DNA of 46,617 nt, filler included, from Sphacelaria rigidula (taxonomy: Eukaryota), in NCBI GenBank assembly GCA_964200075.2. It is 2 parts of 2 records of this genome, joined end to end, with 100 filler letters (N's around TTAATTAATTAA, not from the genome) between each part and the next. Parts side by side here need not be neighbours in the genome. Positions count along the whole stretch, not along the records: positions 23,361 to 46,617 come from CAXNAA020000272.1; 1 more part is not named here. One strand, 5' to 3'. Position numbers and translations under genes: made by a program. Under the pieces are notes generated by a model. That model was not told the origin of the DNA, did no database searches, and saw nothing but the letters and a program-made list of their open reading frames with translations. Within the stretch, counting starts at the first letter, position 1. Every line of letters starts with the position of its first letter. This document shows, one piece after another, positions 24,524 to 36,400 of the stretch.

Positions 24524-27391
24524 AGAGGAACACAACGCGACTACAACATTGAAATCACTGTACAGAAGCAGAATGGCCAACAGATTACTAGTACCAACCT
24601 CTCCTTGTTCAGCGAGGACGAGGAGCGCACAAAACCACCACCGCTTATTTTTCCAATGTCGCGAAAAAAAACTCGTTTCTTTAAACACCGCGATCGGAGT
24701 AAGCACCAGTAAAAAAAACGCGCATAAAAAGCACAATCAACAGCGAAGGGACACGAATAAGAAACCTGAAAGCAGGTGATGCATGATGGAAAAATAATGA
24801 TAAAGATAACGACAAACACACGCTAAACAATAAATAGATTATAGTGCCAAGAAGTGTATTGCGTATATGGTATCCATTGTCCATTGCAACATACGCAATA
24901 GCCGTCGATACCGTAAGCACTACACTTTTTGCCAAGGTAATCGGTTGTTGAGGGTGTGCAGCGAACAGTTTGCGCAGTCACCATAACGCACCTTGGCCCA
25001 ACGGTAGCGACCACCGGAGGAGACCGTGGCAGTACTGCCTGACAGCTCGAAGAAGTACGGTACGGTGCGCTGAAGGAAGTTGGCCTCAAGCTGGTGACGG
25101 GCGTCGTTGACAACCACGATGGTTGCTTCCCCAACCAGAGGCTCGGTGGTGGGGTCGTCGAGGGGAAAGATAGCGGCATTCCTGCAAGTTGAGAATTTCA
25201 CATGAAATATTAATATATTGATAATCAAACACTGACAAAAAAACGGAAAGTTTAGCGGGCTTTGCGAGGTTCGTATATTTCCTCGACCTCGGATGCCGGC
25301 AACGCTCACACGCATCCTTGTACAATACACGAGCGCACGGTAGCGACAGCCTGCAGCCAAAGTAGCAACATTATCTCACGCCTCGCCAAATTTGCCCGGA
25401 TTGCTAGTGGTAGGTAGTCGAGGTACACGACGCGGAACATAATCTCATAGATGTATCGCCCTGTTCGATCCTCTTTTTTCTGCTCAGAGTGTGTTTCAGT
25501 TTCGTTGTTCTTGGGTACGTCCATCATGAAACCACGGCTGGACCCCTGGGGAGTCAGTTGAAGTGCGACAATCAATCAATCAAACCAATGATATTATGAG
25601 CAGATTTTGGGAGGGGGAGGGGAGGAGCGGATAAAAATGAGATATATACAGCCCGAGTAACTATTAGTTTCACCGTTACGATTTATGACTTTTAGAACAC
25701 AAAGATGTGAAACAATTCCACAGTTCCACAACTTCTCACCTTAACAAACACTTTGCGCCTGCTGTTGCACAGCCGTCATTGTGGCGAACCACGGTTCAGC
25801 CAAACCCTCCTGTACAACCAACGCCACGCTATATTTTGATAAAGTAGTGTCTGTAACACGTGAGAACCGTGTATTTCAGGGGTTTTTTCGCCGTCGCGAT
25901 CATCATGATGATTTTGTCAAAATTCGTGTAGGTGTTTGTTACGTTGACAAGTTGTGGAATTGTGGAGTTGTTCTTCATATCTTCGTGTTCTAAAAATAAT
26001 AAATCGTGGCGGTGAAAACAAATTACAATTCCTCGGGCCGTATGAATCTCATTTCCATGTCTGTAGCATTCGAATGTTAAACTTCTCTTACTTCCTCATG
26101 TGGAACGTGCTGAGTGCGCAGTGTAACACAAGACAAGCCTCATCATCTCGGAGTACTCATACATCGTCGGTTAGGGGTCTCATCAACGGGTCTGCTTTTT
26201 GTTTTTATTCCACTTGTTCGGCGAGAAGAAAAAAAACTTCCCGGAAAATGTGAGAGCAGATTCGTTTCTTAGGTCAGGCAACAGATCACAGCGTAGTCCA
26301 CCACTTGGTCGGACTGAAGTTTTCCCGGGATGTCACTTGATTTTAGTGTGACCACCGGTATTCGGATCTGTAGGTGGGGCTGACAGCTCCAAGTGCTCCT
26401 GGAATAGCGTGCGCAGAACGTTTTATATTTCTTTTAATTGGAATATACCTATGACGTGCGTGTCCACCTGCAACCAACCAAACAAAAAAGTATGCAAAAG
26501 AGCAGAAAAAAATGGCTGCTTGGTTCATTCCTAGTTCTTGCACAAGGTGAAGACAGTAATAGCATAACTGTACCTCTTGGATATAAATTAATTATTTGGT
26601 TGACAATCCATCAGTTGGTTGGTTGGATTGTTCGTTGAATTTTATATTTTTTGGACAAGGGAAACACAATAATAGGAGAGGGTGATTGATAATAGGGTGT
26701 GGGGCGGGGTGGGGTGCTTTTTCGTCGTTTTTCTTTTAACGAGGAAGACACTATTATTCGTCACGCTCCAACATCAAAGGTGAACGCACATGTTGCCCGC
26801 CTTGGGACTAATCTTGGGGGTACCGCAGTTCTTCCTGGAGTAGTAGACGAGAGTGGGGAGGGATTTCTGAAGGTCCGAGCGTCCGGCTTCCGTCTCGTCA
26901 GCATCATCACCCCGCCCGAAAATCTCTCGGAAGCCTGCGGGGGAGGGGGGGAATGGGGGTCATAATTCACAATGGCGACACACGGACATTGAAATATGGC
27001 GAAAGAGAAGAAGATAGGTGGGGGGAGGAAATGCCTAAAAGCCTCTGCACAATCATTTGGCAACAAATACCTCGGTTTTACATATAATCACAACGGCGAC
27101 AACAAACACAGACAATGGTCACGTAAGAAAAAGGAGGCAACAAGGGCAAGCGACTCATAAAAAAAAACACCGGAGCATGTTACGTACAATACAACCCGTG
27201 TACTCGTGTTGTTTGTAGTGGCACGAAGTCAAACTGAACCGTATAAATCAATGTCCAACATGTTGACATACTTCTCATATTGGTCAGAGGCTGCAACATA
27301 CCATTACAAGTGACGTCCTACAGCGGATGACATTCGTCATTTATCCACTAGATGTACACCCTCATGGAAAAAAAAATCTCTCGACGTCCCT

Positions 27392-27463
<72 letters not shown>

Positions 27464-30400
27464 AGAATAAGCGCCCAAACTCACCGGGCTCGATAGTCTT
27501 CGCGGTAGCACCAAGCAGCTTACTCTCTGCGTCTGCCCTAGCGGAATCGGACATTTTCGTTGCGTCGTCATCGCTGCTGCTGGAGCCGTCTGCTTCTCTC
27601 TTCTTGTTAGCTTTGTCCGCGCGTGCGGCGGCGTTCCATGCGGCCGCCGTCACGGGGTTGTACGTGGCCGACTGCGGCCTTGCCTCCAGTGCGAACGCAT
27701 CCGTTAGGCCGTTAGCCAGACACATGGCGTCTAGCAGTCGCAACACCTGTACAAAATCATCAACCAATTATCATTACCATCGCAATTATCGTGCTACCTA
27801 AGACAAGACACACACACACACAAAAAAAAAATGACACATCAGCCACCATAAATCGCGCTGTTCAGGCCCTCACTATCGTCATCATCCATGGTGTCTTGGA
27901 GGGAGTACTCGCCCTGAAAATGGGCGTACCCATGGCCGATAAGTTCGCGACGAGGCACGCCAGACGACAACAACAAAAAAATAGCAGCAGCAGTAGTAGT
28001 AAAAATGCCGTCAAGTTTTAAAACACACCTGGACAGCCTCGTTCAACTTCTTGTCATCATACAAGTGCTTGCGCTCGTATCCACTGCCGTTGCGGCACCA
28101 GTCGATAAAGCCCTTCTGCGTCAGCTCCGTGACACCCTCAGCCTGGGCGGCAACAGCAGGACCGATCCAGGCACAGCAACATTCAAGCACGCAGTCAGTA
28201 CAGGATCATCATTTTCCTAGCCATACAAATGAAAAAGTGAATTAATACAACCACACGCTGGACGGCCACTGTCAACAGTCAGGCTCTACTTCTCTCACAC
28301 CAACGAGCGCGACAAAACACACATACAGGCATTTCATTCGGTCACTTTATAGTATGACACAAAAAACGCTCATGACTCAAGTGTGAGCACAAAAAATGCA
28401 AACGCCTTTGCCTTGACCGTGCGTGACGACAAGAGAACCACGACTTGGACGGGGAAAAAAATACCATTGACGCGACAATCTACGTATGTAGCATCACATA
28501 CCAGGGCGCCGATTTGAGGCTTGGCAACGCACCCTTTGCCTAGGTAACACTCTCCACTCTCTCGCCCGAAGGTTCTCGGTGTGCCTTCGTTGGGGTCAGG
28601 GTTAGCGATAGTGTTAGTGTTAGAGTTAGACTTTGTTCGAAGTCACAAATTTCTTGAGAAATTTCTCACCCTCCCAAATGGTGAACTAACCTCTCACATT
28701 CAAAAGAGAGAAATTAATACAAAGAGGGAACGAGATAACAATCTTCCAAGGGTGTGTCGGGTAGGGTGTTTCCCCTACATATTTTAATTTTTTCACGTTC
28801 GTACTCCGAGTACCCGACACTGGGGTAGAGTATTGAGATCATACGCAACAATACAGTATAATAGTACCCGGAAATCGTGGAGAGAAATCCGATCGTACCC
28901 AAGTCCACCCAAGTTTTGGGTAAAGTTTAGGGGTTCGACCATCGCAACACATAACTCGGGAGAGAAAATGCTACGGTTACTTACCCTACCCCCCCCGACA
29001 CATCCTTGAAATATTTCACTCCATGCAGCACATGCAGCACACACACAAACACAGAGACTCACAAGTACTTACCATGAGAATCTGTTGGACACGTCGCCCG
29101 GCGATGAGCTCTCCCATGCGTTGCACGGCGGCGCAAACGCGGTATACCTCTATCCTCCGCTTTTCATCCAGGACAACCACGCGAAGAGTCTGGCTCTCGG
29201 GCAGACCCGAGTCCCACAGCCTCTGGGACATCGACCCCACGAGGGCCTTAAACACCACCTCCAGATTCTCGCCGGCCGTAGGTAAGAGGATTGCCACCCT
29301 GTTCCGTGGTTTCGTAACGCACCACCGTAATAATGCAAGGGTCGAACAACTAATGATTCGTGCCGTTCGAATCAGCCCTTCGGCTGTCTGTCAGCGTTGC
29401 GATGTACCTCAGGCAAGCGCACCCCAGCAGTCACGTGTCATGTCGCAAAATATTCGAGTGAGCCGCCTTTGACCCGCGGCTAACGTCAATCTCTTTCGAG
29501 CAATCAGTCCTTATAAACCGTTGATTTGTTGATTCGAACCGGTGATGATTCATCCGACCCCGAAAATATGTGTTACACCCGAATCTCTTCGGCGCTAGAC
29601 CTTATTCGACAACAGTTATTTCGGCTGACCTTTTCACGTCGTTGCCTTCCGAGACGACAACCCGAGCAAAACTCCTCCACAAGGATTGTCCCCAATGACG
29701 GGTACACCGTGTTTTCTGGGGTCCCCGATCTCTGTCTCATACGTACTATCCGATGACCACAAAAGCAAGAACTTGTTTTGCACAAATATTCCACACCCTG
29801 AACAACAGATATGGTTAATATATAATAGTTGCAATAGACAAAAAAATATACTGGAACAATAGTTGAAGTATGCCCTAACTGTACTTAATACCATACTTCT
29901 TTGTCCACTGCAACTTTTGACCATATATGTATATAATTTATACATGGATATATGTTCAGTGTACCAAATATTCCACGACACCCGGTTCGTATACAGTGCT
30001 TCGCGAACGACAGGTCGAGCGAACACGATAAAACCTTCAAAAAATCAAATCGACGACGTTACACGAGGGGTCGGTCAAACATCCGTGCATTGGACGTACC
30101 TGGCGTTGTAGCCTACTTGGTCATCCACCGCCGTGAGGTCATCCATGGTCACCTGATGAACCCCCGCCCACACACACAAACGAGAGGCAAGGGTTGCAGG
30201 CTTAGACATGGATAGTAATACAAAAAATCGGGAAACAAAACAAAAAACATTGCAGTACAGCACAAACATGTAGCTCCCTCCTGTCACTAATAATTCGGGA
30301 ATCTTCCAACACACCGAGTAAAACAAAACACACGCACACAAAGTGGTGCATTTGGTGTGTACGGACAAAACGAAAAACGGATTGCTGCTTGTAGTGAAGT

Positions 30401-33400
30401 AAGCGTGTATTATAGCACACACTGTTTTTTCGTTCCTCGAGAACACCACGGAAAAGTTCCACAGCCTAGCTTCATCCCAGGCAGATGAGTGGTAACAACT
30501 GAGGATGTTCCGCAGAGACCACGTGATAATAAAATATACCACCGTCCTCCACACGAGTATTGAACTCCTCTCACCTTGATCCGCTGAACGGGGAACAAAC
30601 GCTGAGCCAGACCGATCCACACGGCAATGGCCAGGAACACCTCGGCTAGGAAGAACGACCACCACCAGTAGAAGGTGACCGCCGTGTACTCCCATCGGTC
30701 CAATGTAGGAGGGTACGTATCCACGAAGCGCCACTGCCACCGCGCGAACCCAAAAATATATATTTGTGTAATGGACGTCGGTCGTTTCTCAATTTTCCTT
30801 GCAAAAAAAAATGGCTCTAAAAGTACGCGGGACTATGGTGCACGAACCTGGAAGCTGGACAATCCCCCCCCCCCCTCCCCCCAACCGTCTCATGAATGCG
30901 GCATGCAAAAAATCATGAGTATACTCTCACCCCCGCACCCCCCACGACAACCCGCTCCGTCTCGAAAGGGATGCGTGGTCAAGGGTTGAACGACCAAGGT
31001 AAGCAACAAATGAATGAATACCCCCCCCGCCCCCCTCCCCCCCGACAACCATGAACATGAAGTGCACAGCTCGAAAATAAAGGTACTGCTACAATAGTTG
31101 ATCGCAACTGAGTGATAGGACGTGTCGGATCTAGTGCTGCGGCACTGTAGTGGTGGGAGGGGATTCAATGCCAGAAATATTCCACAACTATCGGGGGAGA
31201 TCATCTCGTGTAGGTGCTTCCGTTCTGCTTGAATTGGTCCCTGTTGTAAACGAAAATCATAAACCGCTCAAATCAACTCACAACAGCAGGATTAATCAGT
31301 TTCTTGAGGAAAGGGGAAATAATTTCCCATTTCTTCTCCCCTTGCACTCCCAGAACCTTCTTCAACCAGGACGTGCGTACAGCTTGGTACTCATCGCTTT
31401 CCTTGCCTAACTCTCGCACATGCTTCGACCGCCAGTTTGCATACATTCTCAACACCGACATGGATCGCCGTTCAATAAATGGCATACACTGGGGTGAGAA
31501 AGTATCTTATTGAAGTAAAAAGCCAGTCGTACCATTTCGGTTTGATTCACGATGATGGAATTCTGAACACGAACGTGAAGCCCGACATGGAAATTTCAAA
31601 CGAAGTTTCAAGTGAAAATTGCGGTTTCCATGCGTTTGTATGCGTAGTTGACGAAAATCGCCCTCTGGATTTGACCAAGATACGAAGATCATGCGTAGAT
31701 GTGTGTGTGTGGGGGGGGGGGGGGGGATAGGGGACACACCTGCAAGTACAGAATGCCGATACCAACGTTGAGCACAGCCAGGATGCGCACGAGGTGAGCT
31801 GATGGGAAGAGTCTTTTTTCCTGCAATATTCACGACACGGACCAAAACAACAGCGGAAAAAGAACACTGGCAGGGTCATGCATGAGAGTACAAGGGCAGC
31901 GTTGGATATTCAAGACGCTTACAACGACACCCGCGAGGGGTGATCCTCATTTAGTTGTCCATGGCAGAATGTACACACGTTGGTCCATTGCTGTAATTAC
32001 ACCTGATGCGTGGGCGTAGTACACGTCCTGAAGATGTCTCACGTGCGCCGCGGTGCAAACGAGTAGTCGGAAACCACCAACCACGACCAACCACCGAAGC
32101 GTATTTTTTCAATAATCCAATCGTGCACGCAGCCAAACGCCGCTGATCGTAATACTCTGGAAGATACCCAGACCATGAAGCGCACATTTGCAGTAAACCA
32201 GTCAACATCACACGTTACACACTAGCTGCTCGCTCGTAATTACTCAACGCGTGTGCACATATCTTCTACACGTATTGGCTTCGTTATAGTGTCCATCACA
32301 ACAGCAAATGTTCACACATACCGTCTCGACGAAAAATGGGGATTCTAATTCCAACTTTCCTTCCCCATTCTATGATTCCTCCATGTGCATCGCAAAACAA
32401 CCAACCTGCGGGTTGGCGCAGTGGACGCGGTCGAAGAACAAATTGGAATCTACATCGTCATCATCCATTCCGGCGGCTCTCTTGAAAGATCCCATGCGCG
32501 AACCGGTCATGAACCGCCGCACACTGAACCTGCTGCCCGCACTAGACGGGGCGTGGTTCCAGGGGCCTTGCGAAATAGTGCCAGGGGTGTTGAGCCCGCT
32601 GACCTCCGACGCTGCTCGTGGGCTACTGCTCACAAATAGATACACATAGAGCAGACGCAAAGAAGCGGAGTGACTGGGTCTGCAGTTGTCGTTATTTTGC
32701 CATGTGGCGGTTGTTGCTTCCATTGTAGCGCGCGAGCGTACTCATTTGTTGCATGCCTTAGTCGTTCGATCATTGACCACGTATCCCTTTCGAGACGGAG
32801 CATTGTAGCGCGCGGGGGGGGGAAATAATCACTCGTTCCTTCCCCCAGCCGTTTGGCCGTTGACCACGCCCCCGTTAAAGATGGAGCACTCGTCGAGGGG
32901 GGGGGGAGGGAGGCTACGCACAGTTGTGCAGTAGAGAGATGTTCACGATAGGCACAACACCGTCGTTTCTTGTTTCCCGCTTGTTGAGTCCAAAACTCTT
33001 CCAACAACACTGTCTTGGCTCTTTTCTTGCCGTCACGGTTGCACATGTCCGCGGCCAAGGCATGTATACATGAGAATCCACACATTACGAGGAGGGCAGT
33101 GAAGACAAAAAACAGGACAAAAGTGCAGCATGAAATACTCACGACGAACGTCGAGTATACCCAGTAAATGGAAGTCTTTACACAACGCATGGCGCCCGTC
33201 ACATCGGCCACCACAATCTAGCCCTCCCAACCTCCCAAAGTTAGAAACAGCAATCGCTGCGACAACAACAACCCCACGTGACTCTTCCGCCGCCATCTCC
33301 CTTTGCAACGAAGACTCCCCTCTTCATCTCGCACAAACCTGCGGTGAGCAGGCAGGTTGAGCCTGCCAAGATGCCGGCCAAGCATGGTCCCCGGCGAGGC

Positions 33401-36400
33401 AGCGACGGATTCGTTGTCGTTCACCATACTCTCCTCCCGACTTTGCAAGTAGCTCCGGGGGGGCTCGTCGGGGTCGAACCTGTGCAATGGAAATATACAA
33501 GAATGGGGAATGGAGGGGGCGGCGGCGATGGGAGGGGGTGTACTCATGATCATGCATGCCGTAGTCATAAGACCATTGACCTCGTATCCCGTGGGGGGGT
33601 GTTCTCAAGATCTTGTAGGCCACAGTCATAGTATCACTGACCTCGCATCCCTACAAAGCCGAGACGAAGCACGCCGGGTTTTCGCCGGACGAGAAGGCGG
33701 GAGAAGGAGCGGGGGGTATACTCATGATTTTGCATGCCATGATTATATGACCGTTGATCGCACATCCCTACAAAGCCGGGACGGAGCACGCCGGATTCTC
33801 GCCGGACCAGACTCACAATTGGAAGAGGGGGAGGGTAAATCTGAGTTGAACGCATGGCACGGTTGTGGTGTGGTGGGATGTCTTAACTTGACGGCAAGGC
33901 TCATCATCACTGCTACTTTGAACCCGAAATCGGGGGCATGGTCGTCAAGAAGGCTTTCGGAGCTGTGTTCGCGAGTACAGCTTGGATTCCGCGTGTCGGT
34001 ATCTTGGCGTCAAGCGGGAGAGGACAGCTCAACGTGCAACGAGACGTGAACCCACCTCGTGCAGGCTACGAATTGTCGACGGTGGGAACGGCGAAAACAT
34101 AGACAGGAGGAGAGGGTGTATGTTGTTTGCATACGAGCTCGGCCAGCCGTGAAACGTACAAACGCACGTCACACATCAACGTCTCAAGTTTCCCGAAATC
34201 AGCCCGATGTAAGCATATCGCTGTGACCTGCAGACCAACCTGAGTATGCACGCTCTACTTCAAAAAAACAAGATGGAGAAAATGTGCTGCATGATATGAA
34301 CGAAATATAATGAGTCTGCCGGCATTTGAACTCGTACCCTCCACTACTAGAGTATCCTCCATCGTTTGGATTACAGGGGCGCAGCGGTGTCACATGAATA
34401 GTGCCAGGTTGTGGCCAATTCTAGGAGTTTTGGTCGAATGTTTACCAGGATCTCCTGCACCGAGTACGTACAACATTTCTGGGCATGCGCCGTTCTTGCT
34501 TTTTTTCCCGGAGTTACGACATTTTCCCAGTTTATGCTGAAATTTCAAACCGTTTTGAACCCTTAGACTGCGGTGCGGGTAGTCCATCTGGGTCATGCAT
34601 ACTTTTTTCAAGTGAATATTGATGCCGACTCAGCAGGTGACCTACCCTGCGGTCAAAGGGTTACCTTTCTGCTTTTTTATTTTTCTTGGCATCCCGAGAA
34701 ATGTTGCGCGGGTTGATGAACTGTCGTGTAAAAACTTCAGTGCCTGACTTAAAAAAAAATAGCACCACCGGACGCGAAAACATGGTGGCCCTGCTCGTGT
34801 ATCCCAGCAGTAGCGGCTGCTACCGTGCGACACTTGCAAACCGTAAAAGCATGAACCCTGCAAGATCTGAAGATTGCTGCACGAAAAAACACACACACAT
34901 TTGACTGCATCCACTTAACTTGTGGCTTGTGGCTCAAAACGGTCAGGGATTCTCCGGGACTATTCTCCCAAAGTCATGAAAAGAGGCGTTTTGTCCTTGA
35001 AAAAAATATCTGTTCTGAAACCCTCAGACGGTGAGGTTAGTCTTTTGTTGAGTCGGCATCAATTTCAAGTGAAAAAAAGTATGCATGGTCCAGAAAGACT
35101 AATCTCGCGGCCTAAGGGTTAACCCTAAATGTGGGATCTGCAGTGACCAGCGGTAGGTTCTCGGTCAAAGGGTCTCAAGTCACACAGACACATCGAATGC
35201 ATCACTGTTTGGTGAGTTACATTTCGTACAGATCTTGCAAAACTGTCAGGTACCGGTATAAGAGGCTTACAGAGTCCACAGAGAACAATCGCGTACATTT
35301 TTTTTTTGTGTCGCACTTTGAACCCCTCCCCTTCGTCGGGACGAATCCGTGGTCTCAGGGCATCAACCCTTCTCTCCCCGGTACACGCCTTACATCTTGG
35401 TCTCGCAGATTGGGTCAGCACTCCTGCACCGCGTCAACTCACGTGAAAAAAATCAGTCGACTACTGCGTTTACCCACGTTATCACGCTTTCTACGGTGGA
35501 AATCAAATACTACGGAGAAAAACCCGACACATGGGGAATCGAACCTCGTCCTCTCCACCCTCATGGCGACAGTCGGACCATTACACCACCGGGGCTCGGC
35601 GGTGACAGGTAATACCCCGGTAAATACCCCGGGTATCCAACAAATCGTAATTCTAGAGAAGACAATCTTGAGACATTTCACGACTTCGTCATCAGAGTCA
35701 TCCAATCTTTTGGGTACCGGACTCTCCGAAACATATGGTTTGCACGCCGAGGCCTTGTGGTGAATCGGCATCATGTTTCCTTGAAAACGACTGAAGATGA
35801 TCCCTATTCAGAAATAGGCCCCTGGGTGCAAACCACATGATTCTTGGAGTCCGGTCCCAAAAGGGTTGGCTCTTCGACCGCGAGGGTAGTTCACCTACTG
35901 AATCGGGATCATTTTCACTTGAAAAAGTGTGTGATTCAGATGGGCTACCCGAATCGCGGTGTAAGGGTTAACCCTTGGACGGCAAGAGTGGGTCATCTGT
36001 TGAATTGGCATCAATTTCACTTGAAAAAATGAGATATGATCCAAATGGACTACCCTCGCGGTCCAAGGGTTAACCCTTACACCGCGAGGGTAGTCCATCT
36101 GGATCATACATACTTTTCTTCACTTGAAATTGATGCCGATTCAACAGAAGACAAACCTCGCGGTCTAAGGGTTTAAATGGCTTCAGGTGATCTCCATAAC
36201 TCCACCGTGACCCATATCACCTGAATAATGCTACTCTACATTAGCCCAACTCTTGTGGTGGGTGATCTAGACATGGCATGTTACGGTTCGCTCCATCACT
36301 CGAACGTGGATCACCTGCCCAATTTTTACGTGACAGTAATTTGCTCAACCAGTAAGATTGAATATCACGGTTTCTTTCTGCTCCGAAATATACAGGTGAT

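Noticed and set aside
24186..24779. Poly-Pro and poly-Gly ORFs (also 27348-27801 and 23313-23516)
   Set aside because: They are translations of long G/C homopolymers in introns, near gaps in two cases. Run lengths may be sequencing artefacts. They are not extensin- or formin-like genes.
31381..31488. Possible in-frame cassette exon (MPFIERRS...EYQA)
   Set aside because: It would split the YLQ|WR motif formed by exons 31820-31740 and 30733-30575, and I recognise no homology.
33142..33217. Possible exon with a GTGAGT donor (IVVADVTG...YSTFV)
   Set aside because: Its phase does not fit the flanking phase-2 junctions. A similar candidate at ~33885-34003 also could not be placed.
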